Part shown: positions 63,167-64,000 of the stretch, piece by piece
How positions within the stretch are numbered: the stretch's first letter is position 1
Layout: each line of letters opens with the position of its first letter
Notes under the pieces: generated by a model
Database searches by the model: none
What the model was told of the DNA's origin: nothing
The model's input: only the letters and a program-made list of their open reading frames with translations
NCBI GenBank assembly: GCA_904063045.1
Contig: CAJFCJ010000019.1
Coordinates: 1,999,700 to 2,063,699 of the forward strand
Direction: 5' to 3'
Origin: Dimorphilus gyrociliatus
Lineage: Eukaryota > Animalia > Annelida
Length of the DNA stretch: 64,000 nt
Made by a program: the position numbers and the translations under genes

Positions 63167-64000
63167 ATGGCTGATAGTGCTAGTGAATTAGAAAGCGATA
63201 CAAATTCCATGAATGACGGCCCAACAGCCCGACTGATGACTCCTAATCATATTGAGTACATGCAGAGGAGAATGGAATCGCTTCAACAAGAGAACGTCGT
63301 CCTTAAAACAGAGCTGGAAAAGTATAAACAAAGAGTAAAGACTCTCGAAGATGATAATGTTCGATTGCGAAGGGCCAGTGTTTCAATAGTTTGTAGTTTT
63401 AATTTCTTTTGTTACAAATTATTATTCGACTAAGACATAAACAGACTATTTAAATTACATTTAATTGACATTTTAGCAAGCTCGCGCTGAGCAAGAAGAA
63501 GAATTTATATCGAATACCCTTTTAAAAACCATTGAAACTCTAAAGAAAGACAAAGAAGTATTGGCAATGAAATACGAACAGGAAGAAGAATGCCTCACGA
63601 ATGATCTCAGCCGAAAACTCTTTCAACTCCAGCAGGAGAAGCAAGCTCTTGAAAGAACTTTAGAGCACGAACAACAAAAGGAAATAAATAAACTTAAAAA
63701 GAATACCGAACGCCTCGAAGCCGATATAAAACATAAACAAGCTTTGCTAGAGGAGCTACGTCGCGATAAAGTTCAATTAGAAAACGAGCTGGAGCACGAA
63801 CAAGAGGCTCTAGTTAATAGACTTTGGAAACGAATGAGTACTCTTGAATCCGAGAAAAGACGTTTACAACAACAATTAAATGGTAATACAGATATTCCAT
63901 CACCGAGAAATAATATTGAAGATGATTCTAGTGCAGCCAGTTTGAGAAACGAAGTCTATCGACTAAGACAACAAGTAACAAATCTCAGAGCAGATCATGA
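63167..64000 (+). CDS. CCDC6: CCDC6, 5' part (runs off the window end)
   Basis: SLQQENVVLKTELEKYK...LRRASVSI-QARAEQEEEFISNTL...EQEEECLTNDLSRKL...LEHEQEALVNRLWKRM. Confidence 0.95.

Overview
AT-rich, gene-dense animal genomic DNA with mostly ~50-60 nt GT-AG introns and short intergenic gaps. The style suggests a miniaturised invertebrate genome, possibly a lophotrochozoan such as the annelid Dimorphilus; this is inference only. Gene order: mitochondrial-clan cytochrome P450 (+), orphan ORF (-), ferroportin (-), WIF1/shifted (-), a highly degenerate ABCA transporter (+), TYW1 (+), an unexplained or decayed ~1.8 kb block, RPS11 (-) hosting a U35-like C/D snoRNA, ACLY (-), SUMO (+), a Jupiter-like NPxTG protein (-), ZCCHC7-like (-), CNOT9 (-), eRF3/GSPT (+), MASK/ANKHD1 (-), TRAF7 (+), intron-containing H2A.X (-), an NRF1/EWG-like domain gene (+), tRNA-Thr(UGU) (-), a C2H2 zinc-finger gene (+), ACER3 (+), PIGQ (-) and the 5' part of CCDC6 (+). 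The most striking unannotated element is a tandem array at ~58.7-60.05 kb. It holds four intact and two decayed ~92-95 nt Pol III genes on the minus strand. Their paired ends, A box, TACTTC and CCCACTGGCGC motifs resemble vault RNA. Central loops are hypervariable while spacers are highly conserved, and the upstream TATA element is shared with the window's tRNA gene. All exon boundaries and alignments were read by hand; no searches were run.
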